Shown: piece by piece, positions 25,727 to 38,629 of the stretch
Layout: each line of letters opens with the position of its first letter
How positions within the stretch are numbered: position 1 is the stretch's first letter
Assembly: GCA_951406725.2 (NCBI GenBank)
Contig: OX597827.1
Span: 3,782,001-3,846,000 of the forward strand
Source of the DNA: Octopus vulgaris
Lineage: Eukaryota
Reading direction: 5' to 3'
DNA length: 64,000 bases
Translations under genes and position numbers: made by a program
The notes under the pieces: generated by a model
Databases searched by the model: none
What the model was told of the DNA's origin: nothing
The model's input: only the letters and a program-made list of their open reading frames with translations

Positions 25727-26293
25727 ATGCCCTGATGCAGTACCAGGCAGTGGCTCTCATGGCTTCTGATTTTAACTGATTGGAAATGTTATCATGTACA
25801 TTGTTTTGTCTTCGTATAAAAGATGGGCTTCAGCAAATATTCTGCTCAATACCACAGATTTGCTTGTCAGTTGTTTGACCTTAACCAGTTGACCATGTCC
25901 CCTAGTGGCTGACGATATGTACATCTCTGATCACGAGCAGAAGTAGTTGGGGAGCATCATAGCCGTGTGTTGAAAGGAATTCTTGGAAGTTTTGATAATT
26001 CACCTTTGGAAACATGGGTGTTTCGTTCAGCATCCATAAACAACCCATATTCAGGGATCTTTTGAGGTGGGGTGGGCTACTCAACCAGAAGAAAATTCTA
26101 ACTGGGCCCCACCTGCAAAGTCATGTGCTGTTTATCTTGATATGAGATCACTATAGTTGTGATATGAGATCACATATGGTTGTGATGCATGTGCCTAGAA
26201 TACCCTTATCAGACGGGTAGTCATGATGGGTATACTGGGCTTTGTATATTTTACCCCAGTGTCACTTTGATGGCATGCACTGCTCTCTCACTC
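25727..26293 (+). mobile_element. Non-coding retroposon inserted in (TAA)n, longer copy
   Basis: Flanked on both sides by (TAA)n; homologous to 8645-9108 with about 90 extra 5' bases. Confidence 0.8.
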
Positions 26294-26358
26294 AATAATA
26301 ATAATAATAATAATAATTATTATTATTATTATTATAATTGTTATTAGTGTTATTATTG

Positions 26359-26429
<71 letters not shown>

Positions 26430-26680
26430 TATGAAGATTGACATAACTCTGCATGAAGGCAAAATGCACAATAAGAAGAGTGTGATACAATTTGTAATGA
26501 ATAAAGATTGACTCTGTTTATTGGATTGAGCACTATTTCAACCTTCAACATTCAACTTCAATAAACAGTCTCAATCTCTTTTACAAATTGTATCATATTC
26601 TTCTTATTATGCAATGATAATAATAAATATGATTATTATTATTATTATTATTTTCAAGAATGTCTTTAAAGATAAATTAC

Positions 26681-29098
26681 CTGATAAGTTCCTTGACTTA
26701 TTTCTGGATGTTGTTGCTGGTGGTGCTGCTGCTGTTGATGCCGTAAAGATGAACTTTTCCAGGTATTATCTGAATGAGGGTCTCTCCTTAACACCGTTGC
26801 AGGGTGAATTCCTGGATGTGTCACCATTATGACTTGTCCGTCATTTTGAGGCGTCATTTGTTGACACATATATTCAGACTCTCCTCTATCACCAATAAAT
26901 TTACTGCTTTGGTCTATTCCATCGGTATATAGAATATCTCTGTTATGATTTCTTCTTACAATGCATACAGTCACTGAAACTACAATGGCAACAGAAACTA
27001 TCACAGCTGCTACTACTATAATAATCATCAAATTAATATGTATTCTATTATCCGACTCTGTGTCTTCAGAGATGTACATTCTTGCTGTTGTATTGCTAAC
27101 AGTTAGTGTCAAAAAGAGTGTAGTTGTTGCTGATAGAACTGGAGTACCGCTGTCTTTGACAGCTAATTCTAAATTATATGATCCAGCATCATTTTGGTAA
27201 ACGGTTCGAGAGAAAGATAAAACTCCTGTATAAGGGTTAACTTTAAATAGCTGTTTGTTATTGCCTCCAAATATTTCATACCTGAGGAAGGAATTAACAT
27301 GACTGTCTCTGTCGGAGGCTCTTAATGTTGTGATGTCACTCTTACTCTGTGGATGGTAGTGGACATCTAGATTGAAAGGGTTAACACTGGGGAATGTAAA
27401 ATATGGTGCATTGTCATTTTTATCCATAACTTCAACAACAACAACTGCTGTACTGTTGAGTGAAGGTATACCATTGTCTTTGACTAAAACTTTGAAATTA
27501 AAAACTTCTTGCTGTTCCCTGTCCAGTGGCTGAGTTGTTGAAATGAATCCAAAGTCAGATATTTCAAATGGAAGAAGGAGACCTTTGCTGTGACCAATCA
27601 AAGAGTAAGTCAACTGACCTCCAAGCCCTAGATCAGGGTCTGTTGCATTAATATAGCCCACAGGGAAATTGGGTTCTTCATTTTCATAAGTAAGAAATTT
27701 GAATGTATCTTTGGTGAAATGTGGTTGTACATCATTGACATCAAGCACTTGAATTGAGAACTCTCTAACAGTCTTCAAAGGTGGCGATCCATGATCCTCA
27801 CAAGTAACAACCAAATCAACATGGTTGCTCTTCTCTTTGTCAATTTGTTTCATTACAACCACTTTGTACTTCTTTAGACCCAAACTCTTGAGCTGAAATC
27901 CATTATTATTGAGGTCGCAGCTAACATTTCCATTTTCTCCAATGTCATTATCTGTGATTTTCATGAAAGCGATAAAGCTGCCTATTTTAACACCTTCAGA
28001 AATTGCGACTTTGTTTTCAGCTGATTTTGAAATAAAGTTCAAGTCAATAACTGGAGCATTATTTTGGTTGTTGTTTATATAAACCAACACAACTGCTGTT
28101 GAACTCGAAGGTGGATTTCCACCATCGGTAGCTTTCACGAATAGTTTATACATATTTTTAGAACCCGATGTGGTGTCTTTTATGATATAGATATCTCCTG
28201 TCTCTTTGTCCAGTCTAAAGAAAGTTCTTGTTAAAGCTGATGTTTTCGAACTGAACAAATATGAGATTTTTCCATTGTCACCTGAATCAAGATCAGTAGC
28301 TGACAAAGTAATAATTGGTCTCGATCTATCAAAGCCATTATTAACAGAAACATTATAGAGATTTTGACTAAATATTGGTAAGTTATCATTGACATCTGTA
28401 ACTGAAATACTAATTTCTAAAAATCCTTGTTTTGTAGGAAATCCTTCATCTCTGGCAATAATTTGTTCCTTGTAATGTTCATTTGTTTCACGATTTAACT
28501 TCTCTTGTAAAATTAACTCCAGACTATCTGTGCCATCAACCTTCTTAGAAACAGATAATATAAATGGATCATTTAGATTTTTTTTTAAGTGGTAAGATAT
28601 TTTTGAATTTAAAACACCTACATCTTTGTCAATGGCATTTGGAATAAACTTTGCTGTTCCTCTGCCATCAGTTTCAGAGAATTGCAAATTGATTTGTTTC
28701 TCAGGAAACTCAGGTTGATTGTCATTAACATCTTCTATGATTATTTTTATTTCAAGAATTTTTACAAAGGACTCTTTATTTCGGACTGCAACATCCACCA
28801 TCTGGAAGCACTCTGTGTTATATTTGCAGAGTGCTTCAGCATCCAACCTTTTGGCTGTGTAAAGTTTCCCAGACTCTGATACGTTGAATAACTGTGAACT
28901 AGTTGTTGCATCTTGCTGGAGTGTGCTAAACCAAATAAGGTTCTTCTCCTGGAATGGTACAATACCCAGGGTTTGTGTATCTACAGCAATGTTTCCAACA
29001 AATGTTCCAGGGATCTGTTCTTCTTCTATATGATAAATATGGTCAATGCCAAATGATTTATCCACAAGCAACGGGAACAGCCACAAAATCACCAGCAT
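26681..29098 (-). CDS. PCDH: Protocadherin (cephalopod type), large first coding exon: signal peptide, EC1-EC6, TM, proximal cytoplasmic tail (806 aa)
   Basis: 810-aa ORF with hydrophobic leader, DxNDN motifs (EDVNDNQP, TDVNDNLP, LDVNDVQP, MDKNDNAP), DxD and LDRE-type motifs, EC1 C-x5-C (LCKYNTEC) and TM LMIIIVVAAVIVSVAIVVSVTVCIV. A phase-0 donor CAG|gtaatt lies at 26681/26680, four codons before the ORF stop. Confidence 0.96.
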
Positions 29099-29170
29099 TT
29101 TTCTCTTTTCAAATTGCTGTTAGGTAAGCTGATACAGAAACTCTGAAAAAACAAAAAAAATTAAAGATTA
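29099..29170 (-). other. Splice acceptor and 44-nt 5'UTR portion of the large exon
   Basis: Long pyrimidine tract ttttttttgttttttcag|AG with exon start at 29142, implying at least one upstream non-coding exon. Confidence 0.7.
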
Positions 29171-30339
29171 CAAACTGAATAAAAACTGTCAGAATTTTTA
29201 GAATGACTTCAACATCAAGAAAAATATTCCATTTCAGATTCAGATTTCTTATCCCACTAAATATGAAGAAATGATTACCTCCCTTGTAATAGCTGTAACC
29301 ACTAGGGAAATCACAAGTGTCTACCAAAAATATTTCTTGAAAATAAGACGACCAGCGTACTTTGAATAAAGGCTTTTGCAATATTAATATTTTGCACTGA
29401 GTTACTGAGACACCCTTATTATTCATACCACATAATAAATACAATGAATCAGTGATGAGTTCATTTGATATATGTGACCAAGAGTGCTAGTTCACTGATT
29501 GTTATATAAAATATTAATAAGAATACCTTGACTGCATTTAGTTTTACCAATTATACTAGCCTTCTGCTGGGTTACATCTTGACTAACTATAGCTTACAAT
29601 TAAAAATAGGTTAAAGTTACAGTTACAATTAGGTTCAAAAGTGTTATTGATGGTTAGTCTCAGGCCAACCATGACACAGCAGCCAGTCCAGTGATGAAAG
29701 GCCATTGCAAACATGACAATACTCCATTTCATCTGAACTAAGGTATCTTGGATAACATTATTCAGCGTTTCCTAGTATAAGATGGTAGTGTAGGTGTAGT
29801 TTGAGGGAAATTCCGCAAATGATATCTAGCAAATTGCATGACCACCAAGGCAACTCCTCACTTGCTTTAATGTGACTCCCTCATAGACTGGAGAGGTCCA
29901 GCTGGTGGGTATTGATGTGTACTGCACCAATCTACTAGTTTTATCTCCATGACTATGGGGAACTACTTCCAATAAAATTTTGTGTCTGGTTCCACTAATT
30001 ATAATCTTTTTCTTTCTATTTTGTATATAATGTTGCGAAGGAAACAAAGAATGGGTGAAAAAAGACTCTATTTAAAAGCTAAAATTATATTTAGCTTCAC
30101 ACAAACACACAAACACACACAAACATACAACAAATAATGAACAAACGTAAATAAATAAATAAATAAATAAAGAGTGAAGAAAGAAAAGTAGAAGAGAAAT
30201 AAGCAAAGAAGTGAAAAAAGAATGAGAGTGAGAGAAGGAAGGATTGCTTCTTGAAAAGTAGAGAATAACTGCTTCTTGTTATAAGGCAAGAAGAGTTTTG
30301 AAAATGTTGTTGTTGCTGATAGAGTTTCTTTAATGATGG

Positions 30340-30440
30340 TGTCACAGACTGAGAATCACAAACAGCAAAAAGAAGAAAAAAAAAGCTCAAAACTTTGAAG
30401 AAAGAGCAAATTGGCTTTGGTCACGTAACAGTTTTATAGA
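30340..30440 (-). promoter_or_regulatory. Candidate promoter or upstream 5'UTR-exon boundary of the protocadherin
   Basis: Minus strand TATAAAA (30438-30432), GTTACGTGACC bZIP-like site (30429-30419), CCAAT (30414-30410), then a pyrimidine tract ending ctcag at 30349. The motif order is atypical. Confidence 0.25.
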
Positions 30441-30638
30441 GAGACACACACAAACATACACACACAACACACACACACACACACATCTATATATGTGTAT
30501 GTCTGTTTATCTATATATCTATCTATCTATCTACCTACTTATCTCTCTCTCTCTCTCTCTTTCTCTCTATTTATCTATCTGTCTATCTATCTATCTATCT
30601 TTTTGTCTGTCTATCTTTCTGTCTGCCTATCTATCTAT

Positions 30639-30677
<39 letters not shown>

Positions 30678-30790
30678 TGCTTAGAAAGAGAAAAATAGAG
30701 AGATAACATGAATTGTTCTAATGTTGGAAAATAATACTTTGTGGTATTTCTTCTGGCTCTTTACATCCTGGGTTCAAATCCCATCAAGGT

Positions 30791-31330
30791 CAACTTTTGC
30801 CTTTCATCCTTTCAGGGTTGATAAAATAAAGTATCACTCAAGGACTGAAATAGATTTAATATTTAGATAAAGCTTTCTAACTTTGAGTATAATTGTAACT
30901 GAAGATTAAGACTTTGCCTTTTATCTTCCTGGATTTGATGAAATTAAGTAGCAGTCAAGTACTGGGACAGATTTATAATTCCTTTAAAGCATCTGATATA
31001 TTAACAGAATTATAACAGAAGACTAGAACTAACTTCCACTTTCTCCTTCCTGGTGTTCATAAAATGAAGTACCAATCAAATACAGATTTAGCTTTAATAT
31101 TTCTTTGAAGAACCTTAGATGTGAAAAGAATTATTATAGAAGACTAAAACTAACTTTGTCTTTCACTCTCTCAGTGTTCATAAAATAAGGTACCAATCAA
31201 ATACAAGGGTAGATTTAATATTTCTTTAAAGCATCCTAGACGTGAATAGAATTATTATAGAAAGCTAAGGTTAAAGTTGACTTACATTCTTCCAGAGCTG
31301 ATAAAATATACTACTAGTTAAGTACTGAGA
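30791..31330 (+). repeat. SINE-derived tandem array, about 120-bp period, 4.5-5 units
   Basis: Units start near 30791, 30910, 31031, 31152 and 31272, each with ACTTTG(C/T)CTTT..ATAAAAT..GTAC/GTAT..AGATTTAATATT..AGAATTAT variants. Confidence 0.8.
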
Positions 31331-32093
31331 TTGATTGGTGGTCTGCTGGTGCAAATCAGTCGACATTGTTGTCTGTGTTTTAGATAAAGTTATAGCTTTA
31401 TAAGATCTGTTCAGAGTTGCCTCTCTTAGGTATTTCTGATTGATAAAAGCTAAGGAGCTAGAGACATTGATGTCTAAGAATCATGATAGATAGCGACACT
31501 GAACAGACATGGTGATTTTACACCCTTTTTACCATTAGAGAAAATTTTCACTATGGTAACTGCATTGAATTTGCTTTTTAGCAGTTGAAATATGTCAGAA
31601 ACATATTTTAACTAACCTAAACTTTGCATATATTCCTATAAAAAAATTTTAGATGTAAAAGGGATTATCTGGAAAATTGTACTCTTCACTGCCTTAATCC
31701 ATCTTGCTGCTTGTCACCCAATAATATTACATACATCTTAATTTACACCAAGGTCGACTTTGCCTTTTATACTTTCTAGGTTGATAAAATAAATACTAGT
31801 TGAGCACTGGGGTTGATTTAATTAACTTATCTCCTCCCTGGAAATAGCTGGTCTTGTGCCAAAACTTGGAACCAATATTACATGTTTGATCATGGATTTC
31901 AAACAATAGACTATACATTTGTAACTACATGGCCTCAGGTTCAGATCCATTGTGTGGCATTTTGTGCAAGCATCTTCTATTATAACACCAAACTGATAGA
32001 TACTTTGTGGGTGAAATTGGTTGATGGAAGCTGCACAGAAGCCTGTTTCATATACATATATATGTATGTATTTGTATGTGTGTGTATGTATAC

Positions 32094-32153
<60 letters not shown>

Positions 32154-33014
32154 ACGTATATATACATTTGTGTGTGTGAGTGTATGTGTATGTGTATGTG
32201 TGTATGTATGTATGTATGTGTGTATATATACATTTGTGTGTATTAGTGTGTATGCTTTATGTTTGTCTCACACACCTTGACTATTGATGTTTGTTTGTTT
32301 ACAACCCTGTAACTTGGAATTTCAGCAAATTTAACTAAAGAGTAAGCACCAGACTTAAGATGAGTCCACATTGGTTTGATTAACTAAACCATTCTGAATT
32401 GTGCACCAGCATGGGCTGTAGTCCAGTAACAGAAACAAACAAAGGAACAAAAGAATCCATCACATTTCTAAGAGTCACCAGATCCTTATCATTAGTTCTT
32501 AGGTTTTGCTGTCACATGTTAGCTGTGTTCTTTGACAGAAATCATGCAATGATGTGCAATTTTATACAGAGGATTAATCTCCATATTATCAACATAGGGA
32601 GGAGTTATTTAAGCTTCCATTCTTCTATTCGTTGTAAGTTTTAATCTTTAATTCATCTATCATTACTGGCTTATCCCCCACCAGCCGTGGTGATTTAGTT
32701 GGCAAAGATTTAAAGAAAGAAAATACTTCATTACTTCTGAATATACTTCACAGCCGTATATATGTATATATGAACATACACACACACACACACATTTATG
32801 TATGTATGTATGCATGTATATGCATATGTATACACACATACTTATAGAGAGACAGATAGATAAATAGATAGATAAATATGTATGTGTGTATATAATTGTA
32901 TGCATGTGTGTGTGTATGCATGTATTTATATATGCATACATATCGTATGCATATGTGTACATATAGACACATGCATAAACGCAATATATATATATATATT
33001 TATAAATAAGGATA

Positions 33015-33055
<41 letters not shown>

Positions 33056-33121
33056 TATATGTGTTTGTGTGTCTGTGTATGTGTGAGTGTGTGTGTGGAA
33101 TTATATGTATATATACACACA

Positions 33122-33163
<42 letters not shown>

Positions 33164-33499
33164 CATACATATATATGTGTATATATACATATAATTCCAC
33201 ATATATATAAACTCATATAGAAATATACATATATATGTACACATGCATGTAAGTATGTCTATAATCTTTATGAAGGATAGTGCCAGATTAATGTTGGGCG
33301 CATTCAGTGCTGTGGAAATATGTGTGTCTTCACATTATCTATGTTCCAACACATTTCTTATGTAGTATTGGTTTCACATAGAGACAACATGCTCATGTGG
33401 ATAAAACTCAAGACTCATTGTCATAGGAATTGAGAGAGTTCAAGTATGCTACTGGTGTCATTGTTGTGTGTTTGTAGCTTAAACTTTTTAACTCAATGT

Positions 33500-33995
33500 C
33501 CTTTTGTTTGTTTAACAGTCAACTTTAGGGAGAAGCCATTCATATTTTCATGGAGAAAGCAATGAAATAACCTCTACTTAGTTGCTTGATTTTGTAAGAA
33601 ACGGCAAACAAAACTTCTTTGTATCACAATCTTTTATCTTTACAAATGAAGAACACATTTAATAATGTAGTCCTAGGTACTTTCTGTCAGCAAAAAGAGA
33701 AAAAGAAAAAAATGGTCTGATCTGAATGCATTTGACCGCAGGTCTTCTCTGTCAGGGGTGAATAGGTTAAATCGCTGCAACAACCACATCTTTGAACTCA
33801 CAAGGGAGCTCTACATGGTTGCCCAACCGGTTAAATCTCTTTCAGTTTATATCCTTTCATTTTAAATAAAGGAAGGACACATTAGATAATGATAATGTTA
33901 TTCTAGACAAATCTCTAAATTGAGAGAGGGTGGTCATAACTGGAAATTGTTTGAGCAAAAGTTTGCTACATCAGGGTTGGCCTGGGGTTAAAGAA
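33500..33995 (-). mobile_element. Old interspersed repeat family (unclassified), two adjacent fragments
   Basis: Shared motifs such as GTTTAGCCCCAGG, (A/G)TGACCA and GCT(A/G)TTTCTAGCAG recur near 29640, 34960, 40860-41190, 42960 and 63810. Confidence 0.5.
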
Positions 33996-35874
33996 GAACA
34001 GCCAAACACCAGAAAGAAAGAAAGAGAAAGAGAGAGAGAGGGGGGAGAGAGAGAGGCAAACAAACAGACAGACAGATTGATTGTTGGGTGGGTGAATAGG
34101 ATGAATGGATGGATAGACAGATAAATAGATGAATGTGGAGCAAGATTAGTAAATTGGTAAGTTGGTTGAGGGGTGCTGTATAGATAGATAAATAGATAGA
34201 TAGATTTTATTCTAATTAAATGTTGACCTTAATGATTTAAAGGTTTCTCTGCCAATACTTTCAATTAAAGATTTTCTTTCAGATTTCTTAACAAGCTATT
34301 TTACATACTGTGAATACGTCTTTGTTTTTATTCCAAAATAAAGTAAAAACTTAAATCAAGACTTTTATTCTATTTTTTTTTTAAATAAAAGCAACCAAAA
34401 TATACTTATTTTATGCTTTATAAAAACCAAAAGTGAAAGCAAACATGTTAGCAGCATGTCAAGCAAAATGCTAAGCATCATTCCTTCCTACTTTTTACAC
34501 TCTGAGATCAAATTCTGCCACGGTCAACTTTGCCATTTGTCCCTTCATGGTTGGCAAAATAAGTACCGGATGAGGACTTGGGAGCTGACTTAGGTGCTGA
34601 CTAGAAAGGAAGAAAGGATAAAAGTAGCATGACCCAGGAGTTGTTGCTCTTCAATTACTCTTGCAAGCAACAGTAGCCTTCTTCAACTGAATGCATGTCA
34701 TTGACTGATTAAAATTATCCAAATACAACAACTTTAACATGAAATAACTTCTAAAATACAAAATTTTGTTACAAACATCGAAAGTAAACCATGTTCCGTG
34801 TGAGAAATTATACCAGTATACGAAGTTTCAAACTATTTAGTTAAAAAGAAGATAATTTTAAAAAATGTGAGTGAAAAATGAACATATCCCTTAGTACCAA
34901 GTCATACTAAGTTGTGAGTGACGGCTATGCATTTTTTCATTTCTCTTTTATTCTTTTATAAGATGGTTGAGTATAAATGATTTGAGAGAAATTAGCTTCT
35001 ATTTCTAGCAGATTATGCAATCTTGTATAAACTCCCTTGTGTTATATGATGGTATGCCCTATGATTGAGCAGAGGTCGATATTTTGTGCTTGGCGCCTCC
35101 TTTAGAAAGGAAACAACCTTTTATTTGTATTACTTTATGTTAACATTAAAATTGCAAAAGAAAACAATAAGATTTTAATTATAAGAAAACTGAGTAGATC
35201 AATAAATAAATAAATAAAGGTGTAGGGGAGAACATTCCAGAAGTAAAGGAGACTGAGGAATTTGTTTAAATAATTTTGATGGAAGGATGGGGAACATGTA
35301 AGAAAGAATATGGATTCTAATTATTTTTTTAGGGATTTTTCTTTTTTTTTATGTGTGTATGCTTGCCGAAGAACATTAAAGAATGGGAATAAACACAGAA
35401 GAGTTGGATCGTGATATTCCATGAAATTAACTAGAAGTTAACATTGTGATTGACGCTTTCTTCAAAAGAGGAAAAAAAAAACAATATTTGTTTTGTTTTA
35501 TGTTAGACATGAATTTTAAATTAAACAAACAAATAAATAATGAATATAAAATAAAATAAAATAAAGGGTATATTGCTAAAGTTAAAAGAATTATCCTAAG
35601 AAATAATCTGGAGTAAAGAAAGAGGAGTTTATCAGTTTTGATAAATTTTAATATTGGGGTGGATAAGATGCAAGGGATAGATTTTAATATCTTTTACTTG
35701 CTTAAGTCACTGGACTGCAGCCATGGGCACTGGGGTTATACATGTATGATGTAGTCATACTGTTGGTGGTAGTGTAGGTGTTGGTAGTAGAGGTGATGTC
35801 TAAACAAGGTTACACACACATAGACATACACTGCCTTGAGGGATTTAGTTGAACATATTGATCTCACTGCATAA

Positions 35875-36104
35875 CTTATAGCCTTCAGCATTCAGATTAC
35901 TCTGTCAAATGTAACAGTTATTTATTCACATTGTTTTGAATTAATCATACATTATCTTGTAGCTAAGAGATTTCAATGATGTGATTGTTTATTTTTAGAA
36001 TGACCTTGTAAGGTAGGTGGGAGAAGCTGAATCTGGGTGGTTTGAATATAAAACAAGTAGAATATTTTGGATGAATATGGCCAGTTTGCATGCTAAAGGG
36101 TTAA
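35875..36104 (+). mobile_element. piggyBac-like MITE nested within a minus-strand family B SINE
   Basis: Ends ATGCTAAAGGGTTAA; host SINE pieces at about 35690-35870 and 36105-36565. Confidence 0.65.
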
Positions 36105-36249
36105 AGTCAGGTTCTTATTCTATTGGTCTTTTTATCAAACTGTTAAATCTTAGGAATATAAATAAACCAACAATCGTTGTCATGCAGTAGATAGGAGCTA
36201 TACATAGATACAAATATATATATATACACAAACTCCACTAAAAAAAAGG

Positions 36250-36428
36250 TATACATACCTCAGGAAAGGAAAAAATCTGTATAAATATTTAACTTGTGTA
36301 AGTACCTCTATAAATATAAATATCTCCTTCAATGTTTTAGCAAATTGCTATAACACTGAATAAAATGCGATAATACTGAATTAAAATATTTATACAGATT
36401 TTTTCTTTTCCTGAAGTGTATATACATA
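36250..36428. repeat. Inverted-repeat cassette inside a SINE (TA)n tract
   Basis: CAGGAAAGGAAAAAATCTGTATAAATATTT pairs with AAATATTTATACAGATTTTTTCTTTTCCTG; inner hairpin TTCAATGTTTTAGCAA/TTGCTATAACACTGAA. Confidence 0.75.
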
Positions 36429-38164
36429 TTTTTGGCAGACTGTGGTTTCCACATATACAATTTACTCATAAGGCATTGGTAGGCTCAGAGCTATAGTAGA
36501 AGACACTGACCAAAGTGTTACACTGTAGGTCTGAATGCCAAACCACATGGCTGCTAAGTGAGCTTTCAGTTAGTTGAGATTGTCTAGTTCATCTTTGTTA
36601 ATGTTTCACCATCTTAATATATATTGTTCTACTTTTCTCCTTTATAACAACCAATCTGAGATAGTCAACAGTTCTTCGGTTCTTCAATGCAAAATCACCT
36701 GTTTTATTGTACTTTCTATCACAATATTTTCAAGAACATTTAATTAAATCATATTTCAGACTTCAATTTATTGTACTAATTAATGAAAAATAAAGTTACA
36801 TAGCCATCTATGCATCATACTTAATGTATACACACTGTTTATAGATCAGTCACTGCAGTACTTATTCTGAGAAGAGATGTTGTCACAGAATGAATACTTC
36901 AGTATTCATTGTGATACTCAGAGTTCTATTTTAACCAAAACTCCTTTAATTCTGAATTCCAGGAAAAGTTAGATATTTTACAAAAGCTTTCCAAATTCTA
37001 AATCTTTCTCAAAACTAACTGAAATGTTTGCAGCACATTTCGTTTTTAAATATGTCAAAGGTATGTGGCTTAGTGGTTAGGAATCTCATGATGTTAATTA
37101 TATCAAAAAAGACATTTTTAATAAAAGACTACTGGGACCAAATGTGCCAAAAACAGTAGTAATTTCTAAAAGCAAATTCAAAACCTAAGGCATTGTTTTT
37201 GTGTAAAAATTTCGTTTAAGCTGGCAGAGTCGTTAACATGCACAGTGAAAGCTTTGCAGCATGTCGTTTGTCTCTACGTTCTGAGTTCAAATTCAGCCAA
37301 GGTTGTCTTTGCCTTTTATCTTTTTGCTACTCGATACAATGAGCATCAGCTGAGCAATGAGGTTGATGCAATCAACTTCCCTCCACTCCGGATTTGATGC
37401 CCTTCTGCCAACATTGGAAACCAATATTGCAAAATGTTTGATTCAATTCAGTATTTAGGTATCTTGCAAAGAACTACTTTATATTCATATATATAATTGT
37501 ATGTAATAAATATATATTTTTAATAAACATTATTCATGCATGGCAGTTAGTGAATAATATTCTTAAGGTCAACATTTACTCATTTGTGACCACATCTATG
37601 CTTTGTCACTAATTCAGGTTTTTTACCAAATTTGTTGATGTTTATACATTTTTCGATTGGTCACCTCTTAAGCTACATTTTGAGCTACAAAATTTGAAAT
37701 TTGGTCCAATAGAAAAAATGTTGAGATTTCAAATATGTGAAGTCAAAAAGTAGGGAATAACGCCTGTAGATCAAGACTGCAGCCGGGTGCAACCATTTGG
37801 TTTGCCAGCCCACAGTCAAACTGTCCAACCCATGCTAGCATGGAAAGTGGACGTTAAACGATGATGATGATGATGATAAATATATTCAAGCACTCTAGTA
37901 TAATTGAAGTTGTGACTAACTGCATTGAATGGTAAGGAATAACCTAGCACTGTTTGAGGTAAACAATCTCAATGTCTTTCATCTGATGGGTAAATCCTGA
38001 ATTTGCTTCATTGGATTGTAAACAGTTTACTGAACGTATATCCAAGAAAATTCAAATGAATAAGGAGAATTATATATCTACAAGGTTTTTTATTATTACA
38101 GTCACTTATACAGCACATCTAATTTAAACCTCTGTCTGACATGTTTCTGCTGCATGGATATCTC

Positions 38165-38629
38165 GCAATGGAAGACCCGGCAGGACAAGTGAGACCATAA
38201 CCCGTGGCCTCTACCTGGGATGTAGCCAGCCCACTTATGCATACCTTTCCTTCTTGTGACACAAACCCTACTTGTGAAAACCTGTTGAGGCAAGTGAAAA
38301 TCAAAAATCAAAATCAAAATCAAAATCAAAATCGATCAACATCAATGGAAATTGTAACTGTGATACCAGTGCCGGTGGCACGTAAGAGAACCATCCGATT
38401 GTGGCTGTTTGCCAGCCTCGTCTGGCACCTGTGCAGGTGGCATGTAAAAAGCACCCACTACACTCACGGAGTGGTTGGCGTTAGGAAGGGCATCCAGCTG
38501 TAGAAGCACTGCCAGATCAGACTGTAGCCTGGTGCAGCCTTCTGGCTTCCCAGACCCCGGTTGAACCGTCCAACCCATGCCAGCATGGAAAACGGACGTT
38601 AAATGATGATGATGATGATGATGATGATG
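38165..38629 (+). mobile_element. Retroposon 3' end with (GAT)n tail (family C)
   Basis: GGAAGGGCATCCAGCTGTAGAA...CCAACCCATGCCAGCATGGAAAACGGACGTTAAATGATGATG; shorter 5'-truncated copies near 1620, 2800, 12170, 15940, 37790, 47575 and 48520. Confidence 0.8.

Noticed and set aside
30791-31330. CRISPR-like array
   Set aside because: Eukaryotic context; whole units are homologous, with no unique spacers and no cas genes.
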